Assembly: GCA_001724265.1 (NCBI GenBank)
Contig: MEDY01000233.1
Coordinates: forward strand, 1 to 64,000
Direction of reading: 5' to 3'
Source of the DNA: Rhizaria sp. SCN 62-66
Lineage: Eukaryota
DNA: 64,000 bases
In this document: piece after piece, positions 48,201 to 62,000 of the stretch
Layout: every line of letters begins with the position of its first letter
Position numbering within the stretch: the first letter of the stretch is position 1
Made by a program: the position numbers and the translations under genes
Notes under the pieces: generated by a model
Databases searched by the model: none
The model's input: only the letters and a program-made list of their open reading frames with translations
Told to the model about the DNA's origin: nothing

Positions 48201-51200
48201 TATCCACCTTCCTGCGCAACCGTTGTTTGCAGCAGCTTACCCGACGGATTCGCTCCGATCACAGCACTGCCGGACCCCGCCATAATGACAACAGAGGTTG
48301 AGTTTGAGTGTGGGAGTGCGTACGAGCTCGTCAATGGGACCACCGCAAAAAGCGAGAAGTATACTTGCGACATTGTCTCTGGAACTCCACAGTGGCGTCG
48401 CTCCGACGTCTCTGCACCGGTGCTGCAATGCATTGCTTCGGCGCCTTGTGGCACCTTTACAGTCGACAACGGGACTGTGGCACTTGCAAATGGTGGCACA
48501 CTCGCGGATATCACGTGCGACATTGGCTTCACCAACTCTGGCGCGACGACGCGTTCTTGCGACACTGTCTCGGGGCTTTGGATGGAGTCTCTACCAACGT
48601 GTGTGCTTAACGCGGGCTGCAATGGGCCAGTCATAATCGATCCCCGCTTTCCTACAGGAGCGGGTTACTGGGTTGACAACGGCGACGACACTGCTATGTT
48701 CACATGCGCGGTTGAATACGAGTTTAGTCATAACTACGCCCTGCAGTCAGTGAGCTTGTCTTGCAGTGGCCCTAACTGGTGGGACTCAATCCCGACATGC
48801 GTTTTCTCACCTGTTTGCGCTTCATTCCCCTACAGCATTGTACCACTCACTCTAAAAGCTACTAACGGCTCTGATCTGGTGGCGTCGGCTGCGTTGCAGC
48901 CTCTTGGTGCGACTGCAAGAGCTGACTGCTCCACAGTCTCGGGCACTGTGCAAGCGTATCCCTCTATTGCTACCATAGGAACCGATGGCAAGCTTGCCCA
49001 GTGCACTCGCGACAGCGTGAATCCAACTGTGGCTGCGTGGGCTGCAACTGCACTTGCGTGTCTCATTGCTCCCGAAGTCATAAGTACAACAGTTACCGTG
49101 GATACATCCAGTGTCACTATTGAGATTGAATTTTCTGCTCCAACGTCGTGCCCTGTGCACACTCCGGGCCACGACCCTACAGCTGCGGCAACACTTCTAT
49201 GCTCGGCAGTTCTGTTAAACGTTGCATCACTGGGCACTGACCCGCTGTGCTCATGGCCGAATGAAACAAAATTCCGCATCCTACTGGGAGATAACTTTGA
49301 GTACACATTAAGCACTTCGCTGACAGTGCGTAGTGGTGTTGTCAAGCTGGCCTTGAGTGCTGCCGTAGCTTTAGTTCCTGGCTCAAGCGCAAGCAGTTTT
49401 AACGCAAACGCAATGCCCGCAGTGGCTAATGACGTTGTTGCGCCTAAGCCCGCTGCACCGATTGCTGCCGCACCGGTTCTTGTGGCGATGACATCAAACT
49501 CCAGCGTGGCCGCCTGCAAGACCGCGACAATCTCGATCTCCAGCGCGACCACGGGTGGTGCTGGCGGTGCACTAACGTACAAGTACGTGCTTACTTCGAC
49601 CACTGCAACAGGGTTCGCTCCCGCGCTTCCTTCAGGCTTTAGTGCGCAAACTAGCGTGACGTTAGACTTTGCTAGTGTTTATATCGGCGAACACGTTGTC
49701 ATGGTTACCGCGCATGATTGGCTTGGTCAAGAAAGCTCGCAAACTCTCACAATTGTCTCATTCGCAGACACAATTTCGTTACAAGCAAACATCCTTGGCG
49801 ACGTATACACACGCACCCTTGCTTCTAGCGCGCCGTTGCCGCTAACTGCTACGTTACGCGCATTGTCTAATTGCGGCGACAGTTCTGCAATTGCTGTAAC
49901 ACATTCATGGGCCACTGGTACAACGCTATTGAGCTCACAACTGTCGTTAATCATACCCGCGTACACGTTCGTTGCAGGATCTGTTTCTGTTCTTACTTAC
50001 ACTGCTACATTATCAGCTAATCCCATCGTTAAAGCTGAATTCAATGTGACAATAACAGTAAACAGTCTTGCCCCACGTGTGACAATGACCGCGCTAGCTT
50101 CAGAACGTGCTCCTCTTGTTTCAGTGACATCACAAACTGCGCTCGCATCTAGTGTGGGCGCATACACTGCTGCCAACGCTGTTACTCTTGTTACCACTTC
50201 AATTGCATCGCCACAGCGGCTTATCGCTACGATTTCACCGCAACCACTTGCGTTTTCAACTACAGGCACACTGGATCGCAACACTAACAAAGACGTTGTG
50301 GCCTACACGTGGTCTTGTTACCGCACTGCGCAAAGCTACTCTACCAACACGTGGGATGCAACTGATTGCCCCAATGAGATTACCAGTGTGCTTGCAGGTG
50401 GCACACCACCTGAGATTCCAGCCAGTGCCATTGCGCTGTTGGCGCGCAACGACAACACTGAGCTCCGTGCTGTGCTTGTTGTCGCTCTCACGGTTACCTC
50501 AAGTGGCGCAGCGCCTTTGCGCGCGCGCACTGTGGCTCGGTTTGAAATCCTGCCAGCACTGGAGTTTTTCACGCGGCCCACAGTTATTCTACCGGTTGAG
50601 ACCGTAGCCACAGTGCTGCACATGTCGCCCCTTGTACCATTGCGTTTTGCGGCGAACGCAGCGGGGCCCAATCGCACTTACGCGCTGCTGTGGGCTTGTG
50701 AAAGCGGAAATATTAATGTTTCATCTTCCGGCACCCTTGCTTCGCCGCTAACGGGAGCTAATCTTGTCGTATCTGCTGCCGCGCTGCAACCCAACCAAAC
50801 GTATTCGTTCCGCGTATCAATTTTTGTCACTGCAGTAACAGGCCCAGCGTTTCCAAACGCACTTCCGCCGTCTGCAGCCGTAACAGCGGCTGCCAACCCC
50901 GCCCGTGCACCTGGCCCCTTACCGGGCGAGTTTACCAGCGCCGTTATAACTGTGCACACATCTGCTTTGCCATTTGGCGGTGTGTGTGCACAAGTAGATC
51001 AGTCAAACGACGCCGTGACAGGAGCCCGTGCCGTGGTGCGCTGTACTGGTTGGGCTGCGGAAATAACTGAGTTGCCCCTGAGGTACCGTTTCCTGCGCGC
51101 TGATACGGGCTTAATGCTTGCTGCCACAGACGTTGCGCCCGTTGCTGAGCTTACGCTCCTGGAAGGCACCACTGCCATTAACGTCGAGGTTATCAGCTCT

Positions 51201-54200
51201 CTTGGCGTTGCTGTCACAGTTTCTGTGAATGTAACGATTGCGCCCGCCGCGGCCCCAACACTGCCAGCGTTGCTGGCTGAGGCTGTAAATACTGTGCAAA
51301 ATAAAGATGCGTGGGGTTTTGTCCAAGCCGCCGCCTCTGCAACTTTGCTGTTGAATGACAGCGCTACAGTTAACGCGAGCACGAGCACAGCAGCGCGGAT
51401 GCAGATTTTTGCTCTGCTGACTGACCCTACTGTATCTGCGCTATTGCTTGACGCGGAGACTGCGGATCGCGATAGCGTGACAAACAACAGTGATGTTGAT
51501 GATGACAGTGAAGATGTTCTTTTGCGACGAAGCCAAAGCACGTTGGAAACTGGCGAAGCCTCGTTGGGCTCAGCTGTGGCCGTGCAGTTGCTTTCAACTC
51601 TTGTGCGCTCTGGAGTGTTTATCAACGACAACGATAATGCCAGCGGCGGCCACATGTCCTTTATCGACGCCACACTTGCATTAGACTTAAGTTCACGCCA
51701 TGTGCAGACAATGTTGCTCCGGGAGCGTCTTGTTGGTACCACAACGTTGTCTAGCCTTGTTGCTCTTGTTGACGCTGCTGTACAGATTTTGTATCTCAAG
51801 CTGTCTCTTAACGGCAAAAGTTCTAATCACTTGGTTCCCGAACTGCCGTTTATGCGCGCACTTAGCAACAACAACACTGGCAGTTCAGAAAGTGTCGCGT
51901 CGATTTTGTCTGCACGCACCGATGTTGTCGTAGCTGCTGCGCTGCAAGACGCGGTTGCCGGTGAGGATCCTGCGACTATGATAAGTGGTGATCTTGCTTA
52001 TGTTGCTTTACGCTTACTTGCTCAAGGTGATTCTGACGTCGAAATCACGCTTCCGCAAGATGAGACTGACAGCGAGGGCTCCGGTAGTGAGTCTTTAGTC
52101 AATATTGCCGGCATTAGCAGTGATAGCCACAGCGTCACTATTTCTTCACTGACGAGCAGTGTTGCCCGTGCTCACACTGTGCTACAAAGGCTGCGCTCTA
52201 ACCAACCAGCACATATCTTTGCAACTAAGGCAAACACGGCTATGAAATCTAAGGGCGTACGCGTGCCTGGTGCGCTGGTGAAGACTATTGGCGGCAGTTC
52301 AGGTGGCAAACTTGACGCTGGCATTTCTGCTCTGCTCCGCGCTTCTTTGCTATCGTCGGATTCTCTTGAGAACAACGACACGCGGTTGCCTGATACTGAG
52401 GCCGGCGAGCCGGCTGCGGCGCCACTCAAGGGCATGTTTGCAGGCTCGGTTGGCTTAACACTTTTTGACGCGAGTGGCGCTGAGATAAAAATATCAAACA
52501 CTGGTGTTAGCATTGTCGTCAGCAACGGCACTGCACCCGCGCCTATCTCGGCTTCGGAGGCCGACAGGGTCTTTATAGTGACAATCCCACACGAACAAAC
52601 GCTGCCTGTAAACTACACCGCAACGTGCCAGTTTCTCGATGAAGTCACAAACATGTGGAGCCAGCGCGGCTGTGCGGTGGCTGAGGCAACGTCAGAGTAC
52701 ACAATTTGCAAATGCAATCACTTGACCATGTTTTCCGTCCGTCTATCACCCAAATACTTTGCACCTAGGGTTCTCTCGCTCAACGTAAAGTCTTTTACAA
52801 GCATTTCATGGAACCAAATTTCCCGCAACCCCGCGCCTCTAATTTCACTTTGTGTGTGGCTTGTGCTATTTTTGTTGCTCGTTTGGTTTGGCGCGCGCAT
52901 TGACCGCAAATACGACAAAAAGGGCATGTACAAGCTGTTGAGCGAGTGGCACCCATCGTCACAAATTCTCCTTACTAAAGCTGAGGAGTATGGCGTTGCG
53001 GCCAACGCATCGTCCTTTGCTTTCTTAAAGCGACGCTTTTGGCGCGTATTTCGCCGTGACCACACATGGCTTTGCCTGTGGTTGCGCCCGACAACGGATG
53101 ATTTTGGCTCTCAATCGCGCGGCGCAACCTCAGCGCTCACAGTTCTTATTGCGCTTGCTATTGCGGCGACTTTCTTTGGCTCACAAGAACGAGAGGCCGC
53201 AATGACAATTTCACTAATTACAACTGCAATTACGTTCCCCATTGGCAAGTTTTTTCAGCTTGTGTTTGAATTCTCAGACTCAGACCGGCTGAAACGTTTT
53301 ATTTACTACTACGCTGAGCATCTTGCCTTTCTTCACATTTATGGCTACTCCTCAGACAACTTCTTTACACCTGAACAGACCGCGCGGCTGTTGGCGATGC
53401 CGCAAGTTGACATCCAAATGGTGCGTGACCTCGTCCCTGAGCTGGGCCGCTGGCGTGAAAGCGATGATGAGGCTGCCGAGCGCTACTCTTTTGCAATGCG
53501 CAGCAAGAGTATCAACACAAAATCAACAGAGATCAACGACACTGCTGACCAAACGCATATGTCGCGGCAGCCGGAGCCAATGATGCGCGTACCAAACACG
53601 TATAGCACACACCGCCAGCTTGAGCGTGACAATAAGATGTTGCGCGTGCTACTACGGTCAACGTTAACCCTTGATGCCGCTGACGTTGTCAATCATCACC
53701 GTCATCGGCCTTTTTACACGCGTCTGCCGCGAGGTCTTCGCATGTTTGGCATTGTGTCTGTAATGTTAATTGGACTAGCGTGCGTAATGCTGGTAATGGT
53801 AATGGGAATGGAGATGGACCGATCTGTGGGATCGACGGCTGTGCGAGATTGGCTTCTTTCTACTGCCGGTTCCGTTGTCACTGATGCATTTTTATCTGGC
53901 CCCATTATGGCGTTCATTCGCTCTACTATCATCTACTATGCTAAGTACATGCTACTCGGCCGATGCTTCACTCAGCCCTGGAAACGTTACGATTGCATGT
54001 CAAAGCTTGCCTCTTCGCGTCGCCTCTCAATCACCGCCATTAATGTGTCGTATCTTGAGGTCATGGGAGTCAAGGCCGAGCCACGGCTCCAATTCGACAC
54101 ACCCGAAGGCCTGACATGCAATTCAGATGATGAGCGTGCTGCCACCGTAGCAAAAGACACTAAAAAGAGCTCTTATGAGTGCAGCATGAGCGGGAACTGC

Positions 54201-54812
54201 TTCAAGCTTGCACGTGATAATTCACACATGGAACTCTTACATACTGACTTGCACTTGCAACCACGCGTGCATTCTCTTGTTGCGTCTACAATCACGACTC
54301 AGTTACCCAATGACTGCGCAAGACTGGCATCTTCCGGCAGCGTATTTTCTGTCACAGCATCTGGTAAATTCAATGAATCTAACTCTTTCTCCACTGGTGC
54401 TGACTTTGACTTCGCTGCGGATGTCACTGATGCGACTCTAGCAAGCACAATTGCTCTAAGTGTTACTTGTGCTCCTGATCAATCTTTTGCAAACATCCCA
54501 GATGAATTGACGCTACCAGATCAAATTTCCCCGGCAAATGTTGTGATTGCTAGCGCTATGACTGCAATATCACAAGACAACGAGCAAAACGACCCCGAGT
54601 CGTGCAGTCGCCATCACATTGCATACGGCGTCGATGTGACGGCTGTGTCGCACTCCGACGACAGCGATGACGATGAAGATAACCACATGGCTGATTCTGC
54701 TGCTCAAATCCGGTACTATGACAATGACGCTTTGTGGGATGGGGACGATGACTACGGCCGGTCTTCAGGGGACGAAATCTCGGTCAGCCATCTGCGCGTC
54801 CACTTTCGCTGA
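39297..54812 (+). CDS. Giant polycystin-1/PKDREJ-like receptor (~5053 aa): signal peptide, Sushi/CCP array, REJ-like module, GPS, multi-pass TM region. Exons 39297-39411, 39605-40131, 40293-54812; in-frame TAG at 39859, 44130, 46335.
   Basis: Exon 1 encodes a signal peptide (FFATWALLLATLSS...VNA); two GTACGT..CAG introns keep frame. ORF-track pieces 40317, 44163 and 46350 share one frame, separated only by single TAGs. Repeated C..P...GxxxxxxCxxGY...C....W.....C units at ~43200-49070; REJ-like PFGGVC...CTGW...LPLRYRF; GPS CQFLDEVTNMWSQRGC...CKCNHLTMF (52626-52733); PKD1-type HTWLCLWLRP..DFGSQSR; TGA stop. Confidence 0.85.
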
Positions 54813-56063
54813 GCACTGAAATACGCCGTGTCGCATGACTTGCGATGAAAATAAGTTTCTTCACAACTAGTCGGATCTATTTTAATATGTTTCTTTTATT
54901 TTTAATTGTTTTTATTACTTTCACCACGATTGAATACTCTTACATGTATCTTCATTTTCGTATGAACCATGTTGCTCATGAGCGACCTATTTGCAAAGAC
55001 GCATTACGAGGGTTTGTCGTTCTTGAATCACCATACTAGTAATCATTATGTCAATATCTTCTCATTAATCAGTGTCCGCAACGCTTGCATTAGCGCGTGA
55101 TCGTACACTTCACTCTATCTTGTCGTTTGCGTCGTCGATGCTGTGGTTCTGTTTGTGAACAGTCAGTCACTGATTGCAAAAGAATCAGATCACGAACACG
55201 CCTGCGCTTGCTCTTCGAACTCGTCCAGTCTACTTCTGTGACATACTATGTTTTCTATAGACACTATGACGAGTTTCTCTTTAAAGGAACATTCCCATAA
55301 TTAGCGGTGCGTTTTATCTTAGACGCTATCAAGAATAGCGACTGCCCGCTTACTACTTTAAACCACTTCGCTTCAATAAACAAAAGCAACGTTTGACAAA
55401 AGATATATTGGAATTCACTTAAATATAAGGTTTAAAAAGTGATCACACAACCCGGAAGTTGAGATACGTTCATATTTATTAAAATAAGCATGCATTTGAA
55501 TGCGTGAGAACAATACGTCACTTATTTGCGACGTAGGAGCTGATGAAAAAACGCGTTTTAGTGTCTATACAGAGTGATGCTCTCCTGATGACGGCGTTTC
55601 GCGCATCACCTTCAAACAAAACAGATGAAGATTGGCTGTGATGGCGGATGAGCCGTGGGTGTGAGAAAAAGAAAACAATCAAAAAGTCGATAAATCAATG
55701 AAAATGCAGCCCATATGAACAAGTTAACGTGATTATGTGGGTTGAAAAAGAAAACAAACACAATGTAACGACGAAGCAGTAAACTTGTTAAGTTTTAGGT
55801 AGTGATACTGGAGCATATGAACTCGTGGCTTGAGATAAGTTGAGACTCGCACACTTAGCAAAAGTGGCACAACTTGGCAACTTGGTGAGAGATAATACGA
55901 CGGCAAGTTTAAATACATAAGTACATCAAAACCTAAAACATTGCTAAAAATAAAACAAATAATAACATAAAGTACGTGACGTGTTACGAAAACGCAAAAA
56001 AAAAGAAAAGAAGCAAAAACAACAACAAAAAACAAAAACACAACAACGGCCGATTCGCAGTGT

Positions 56064-59000
56064 TTACTGATTCGGTTGTTCACGCCGTTGCTGCCACTCA
56101 CGCTTCTGTTGCTGCTTGCGTAGTTTCTGCAGCCTAGACAAATCAGCCATTGCTAGCGGTGTCTGGCCTTCGCCACTTTGTCCGGAAGACCCTGAGCTGG
56201 TGCCCGAATGCGTAGCTGAGGGACTCGTGGGCGACAAGCTCGCAGTTGACGCGCTAACAGTCGTCGCAGATGCAGACGCAGAAGAGCTACTGGGTGACGC
56301 GCGCGACATTTGCGCGTTCACACGCACGTCGACCCCGCCCACGGTCATCACGCTAGAGCCGCGTAGTCTACCGGAAACGGGGCCTCTGACGGGTGCTGTC
56401 GTCGCAGAAGACGCGGCAGACTCAACAGACACGGCAGTGTGTTTAGATTGAGGTGATGAGACAGAGTCTGTGTCTTGCGAGACAGGTGAGGAGGAAGAAA
56501 TTTTTAAGCCGATGAACGCCTGCGTGTTTGCGGACGTAGCAGGTTTAGCTGTTTCAGCCACAGCGTAAGAGCAAATACCTGAGTGAGTGGTGGCGTTCTG
56601 TAGTGCCGTCAGTGCGGTTTGAGCCTCAGCGTCAATGTGCGGCTGCGTCGCCTCAAGCTCGCGCTCAACATCCACAATGTGCACAATGTGCTGCGAGGGA
56701 GGCTCGGCCTGGTACAGTGGAGGAAGCTGTTGTGAGATGTCGTCGGGGCTGTTGCTATCACCACCGGCAAGGTGAGAAAATCCTCTAATCACAATCGGCT
56801 AAGACTCCAACTGCGACTGCAGCTGGGAAAGTAACTTCACACGAGGAGACGGTACCATTTGCTGGTGCTGTTGCTCTGTCGCAGTCTCACCTTTAACAAG
56901 AGCATGGTCCGTTACAACGGGCTCAGTGATAGAAGCAGAACAGTGTGATTGAGGAATGACAGGAACAAACCCTAGATTCGCGTTTGACTCAGGGCCACCG
57001 CTAGAAGCAGCATTCAAATTGTTGTCGCTACCACTGAGTCCGCCTTCCTGGGCTTGCTGGCGCAGAAGCAGATCAATAAGCTGGATGCGAAGCTGCTGCT
57101 GCGGGCTCAACGTCGGCATCGGCTGCTGCTGTTGCACTCGCTGCAGTTGATAAAGCTGTTGTTGTTGTTGATGATAATACATCTGTTGTTGTTGCTGTTG
57201 TTTTTGTTGTTGTAGTTGATCTAGCTGTTGAAGGATCACCTGCTGCTGCACGAACTGTGCTGCGATGGCGTTGTATTGCGCCAGGTAATGCTGCATCTGA
57301 TGGTCTGTCGGCTGACCGTTTCTCTCATCCATAAACGACGTTAGTGGTGGCGGCATTGGAAATGGCGTGCCACCGTTCATCGCTCCATCTGCAGGAGCGT
57401 CGCCGGGTCCCCACGCCTGCGCGTACGGGCCGGGGCTACTGCCGCCTGGAGCGACGCCGGAAATAGCATGTATCACAGCATCGTTATTCGTGATATTATT
57501 GTTGCTGGGGTTCTGTTCTGCGATCGAACCAAGAGGAACGGGAGCAGCACCGCCGCCTGACTTGATGCGAGACCGGCTCCAGGACCTGGCCACACCACGA
57601 CGTGCGCCAACGTTGTTTGATCCAGCGGCGCGCCCACGTGCATCAACGCCGCCGTTAACAAGCTTATTGCTACCGGGCAGCCGGCGCGAGTCCGCGCCGG
57701 TCCCCAGCAGTGTCGCACGCAAGGCGGACGGAGACGGTGCCTCGGGGTCATCCAGCTCCAGCCCTGAAAAGGAGAGCAGTGGCAGCGGCGCAAAAGCGGG
57801 CACGGTTTGGACAACGCGCGCGGTCGTTTGTGAGAGCTTCAGTGGCGCCCAGCCCCATGAAGCCGTGTTAGGGTCAGTTGCCGTGGCCTTGGCGCTAGAC
57901 AACGACGCCTTGTTCCCCGAACCTGTGCCTGCGCCTGTCGCCACGGTTGTTCCCACACCTGCGCCAGAACTGAGGCGGTCACGCGCGCAACGCGGCGCGG
58001 GAAGACGGCGGCTCGCCGCGTGGACAACCTTGGTGCAGGTGGGGTTGCCGTTCGTGTCCACAGCGCTGCGGCTCGAGCGCGAAGAGCTGCTGTCGCTGCC
58101 GCTGTGACGCGCGTTAGGATTGTCGAGCACACGGACCTTCCAAAGAACCTCCTCTGCGTTGTTGGGACCAACGTTGCCCGTGGTCGTGACGGTGCCGCGC
58201 GTGCGGCCGCGCACACGCATCGCCCGCAGCTGCGCCAGCACGCGCTCGCGCGCAAGCAGGATCACGGCGCGGCGGCGCTCGCGCATCTCGCGGACGATCT
58301 CGCGGCGCCGGCGGCCGTGGAGCCGCATGCGGATGTGCGCAGCGCAGCCCGCAAAGACCGCGACAGTCGACAGCAGCAGTGGCGTGGCGACAAACCACTC
58401 GATCACAATGCCGATGAGTGCGCCGAGACCCCACATCCACACGCCCGAAGAGCCATCGCGCACGGAAAGGCGCACAGAGAACACAAGTGCGAGCAGGATA
58501 GCCACAACGATGACAAACGTGACAAAAGTCGTCTGCAACACCAACGTCGGCAATAGTGCCCATATAAAGCAGCTGTCGCGCTGCAGCTTCTGTGCCGAAG
58601 GTGTATCAGAGAGAGTAGTCGTAGTTTCCTCTTCTGGCGTAGGTGCCCTGGCGTTAGAAAAACCACGCTGCCTCTGCTGCGTCGCAGAGGATCCACTGCC
58701 GCCAGCGTGCTGCTGCGTGGACCGATGGGTATCACGCTGCTGGCGAGTGCGAGCACGGCAACAGAAACGCTTATTGCCACTGCGCCGGCTGGGACGTGGT
58801 GATGCTGGGGTTGGGGTCGGAACAGCCGACGTGCTTGCGCTGCTGCTGTGCGCAAGGATCTCATTGGCGCTCGTAGAGGATACCATTGTGGCGCGGGCAT
58901 CGGCAGCAAAATCATCCTCATGATCCTCCTGGCAGTCCTGAGCCGACGTTGAAGCAGAAACAGAGAAGGCTGCACTCTCGTTCGTGTAAGGTTTCGGGTC

Positions 59001-62000
59001 AACAAAGCGCTCGTAGCAGCGCAGCACGTGTGCGGGATCAACAGCGACTAAAATCATAAGCGCACGCTCAATGAGTGCTTCCTCGCGCTGACGTTGCGTC
59101 AGCTGTTCCTGCAACTCCTTACCAGCGCCATTGCGCGCGCCGACGCCGCAGAGTGGTAGTCCGTTGTAACAAGAGGCCAAAGCGCGCTCGCTGAGACTGG
59201 GGCCCAGCTCGACAGAACGTATCAAAACGCCGTCGCGGCGACGGTGGCGGCGTGCACGTGCGGCCGCAGCAACGGCGTCGCGACGTGCGCCAGTTACTGT
59301 CGACACGGTGATAAACGTCCCCGGAAGCGAGCCGACAACTGCGGTCCGGTCGGCTGAAGGCAGCCCAACATTAAGGCTCAAACCGTTCGCGAACGCAGCA
59401 GCAGCAGCCGCAGCGGTTGCTGCAGCTGCGGTGTTTGCATCTTTGTTCGCAGGGAACGCCTTGTTTCGCCTGCTATTCGATGTCGCATTCTGGTGATGTG
59501 GCGATGTCGCTGCGGTTGCCGCAATTTGCACATCTTCCTCATTGTCACTCCCACTGCTGCTCGAGTTCAGGTCTTCGCTCAAGCCCGTGAGCGACGCATG
59601 CCCCCGGTATCGTTGGCCCGCACGCACGGCAGCGCTGCGACTCAAAGCGTTGTCGCCATAGAGTATCGCCAGCGGCAGCACACGCAAACTGCGCTGTAGC
59701 AGTCGCTCGCGTGCAAACCGTCCGACAAGGTGCTTGGGTAGAGTTGTGCCGGCGGTCATAGCTGCAGCGGCAGCAGCAGTGCCGCGACCGCAAGCTGCCG
59801 TCGGGCGCGGGACATCTTCTGAGGAGTGGGATGAAGGCGCGTCGGGGCTAGTGTCGTTACTAGAGTTGCTGTTTTGTTGCGCATTCGCGTTTGCAGCAGA
59901 AACAGCAGCAGCACTGGACACTGTCACAAAAGCTTCATGACTGATCGCGGCGTTACTCTCGGGCGGAATTGTGATCACATGCGCGCCCTTGACAAAAGGT
60001 GTCGGCGCCGCAGTGGACGTGTTGGCCTTGGTGGAAATAACCACCATTTGACGCATTGCACCTGGAGGGCTCGGTGCGGGCGAACCAGGCTCACTGTTTT
60101 GTCCACTGCTGCTGCTGGCAGCGGGTAACGAGTCGCTGCTGCTGGTTGTGGGCACACCGTCGCTGCCGACGTCGTCGCTCACTCCGGTGCCACTGTTTTC
60201 AGTGGTTCCTGTAGGCGAATCTAATGTACTGGCAACAACTTCTTCACTAAGTCGTGTCGTTTGTCCCTGCTGACGCTGCTGTTGTTTTTGCTGCTGCTGC
60301 TGCTGCTGCTGCAACGTGCGCTCCTCGAAAGTTCCACGTGCATGTTGGTTCGCCCTGCGACGTCGGCTACGTGAGAACTGGCGCTGCGGCTTCCACGCGC
60401 CTGCCGCAACGGGGCCGCCTGGAGTCACGGAAGAGCCTGAAGACGAAAAGTAAGATGAGGTTGACGAAGATTTCGATGATGATGAGGAGGAAGATGATGA
60501 TGACGACGACGAGGAGGAGGAGGAGGAGACTGCACCTGCAGCGCGGTTCAATGCAGCGCGAGCGCGGCGGGCATGTCGCGAGGTGATCTTGAGATTGTCA
60601 TAAACTCCGATCGCTGCAATCTCAGCCAAGGTAGCGGGCGCGGAACTTGTGGCGCCCGTCGAGGAAGCAGCCATAAGACGGTTGAGCTCGCGGGCAGCAT
60701 TGGGAATCTCATGCGGTGTCGGCCGCCAACGAGCAGCGTACGATAACACGTGCAACAGCTCGAATGCGCGCGAGTTTCGCGATTGCATCGCTGCCTGCAG
60801 TAGACATGGTTCGGACTCTGAGATACTGCGAGCCGAAGGATGGCCACTGGCCACAAACCCAACATTAGAGCTTGTTCCAGAGAGGTTCATTTGACTCGAG
60901 TCCACTGGAGACTGAGCGTGACGACCAGCCGCAACTGCTATCGCCGCCGTGATGCGCGCAGCAGGGCCAACGCAGAGCGTAACCCAGCCAAGCTTGCGGT
61001 GAGGTCCTGCCGCAGACGCGAGGGCTACAGCACGAGCTCGGGCAGAGCAAGTGCCGCATGCGCACTGCAGATGCCGACTAATAGTGTCTTCAGCCGCAGC
61101 GGCAGCGGTATTAAGACTGTTGACACGCACAAAAGGCATCGCGATGTCAGACGAACCCTGTCGTCGCAAAGCGGTGTTTCCAGCGGCACTCTTCTTTGGT
61201 TCAGGTTGTTTGGGGCGCTTGTACAGGACAAGAGGCAGCTCCATCTTAGGGAAAAAACTATTGCTGTACTGGCCAGAGACTGTTTCTGGAATGACACCTC
61301 CACAATAGTTCACAAAGGCGACTTGCTCGGCGTAGTATCGAACAAAGTTTTCTGCACGCTTGATGTTTGAGGTTCGCAACACACAGAGAAGAATTTGCGA
61401 CAGGAGCGATACAAAAAGTGAGATAATGGCGGCAGCGACAAAAATACGCATGATGGTTTCTTCGGCAGAAAATGGCTCTGCACTGGAGCTAAAGAGAAAC
61501 AGCAGCACACACGCCGCATATGCAAGTGCACCCACTGTTGTGGCAAGAATGATCACAAAGCGGCGTGCGAAAGAAATGCGTGACACGGGGGAGCGACGCC
61601 AAAGCGAGTATGCGACGTGGCGGCGGCGCATGAGCCGCGAGAGCATGACTGCAATGATGGTACACAGCGGCTTCTGCCGCGGACCCCAAATCGACGCACT
61701 GCTACTACTGACGCGATTACCGTTGGTATTCTTATCATTGTGGTTATCATCAATCTCATCGTCATCAGCAGCAGATTCATCGCTGTCAAGGTCCGAGTCG
61801 TCTGAGTCATCGCGACTGCTGTTCTCGAGCTCGTCAAGCTCGTTCTGCAGCTCACGCCCCAGCGACTTGGCCGCGGCTGCGAGTGCACTGATGTCAATAC
61901 TAGCAAAATTACCATCGTTGTCACCCATAGGCACAACACGAGCGTCACGAGCACTATTAGAAGCAGAAGCACTGCTATCAAGAGGACCCTTATTATGATC

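Noticed and set aside
17236-56801. Programmed readthrough, pyrrolysine, or A-to-I editing (UAG to UGG) as the explanation for the TAGs
   Set aside because: There is no shared downstream readthrough motif, and three leaky stops in one mRNA would nearly abolish full-length product. Pyl is not known in eukaryotes, and Trp fits poorly in QS*SH or SAQ*. Editing is not formally excluded without RNA data.
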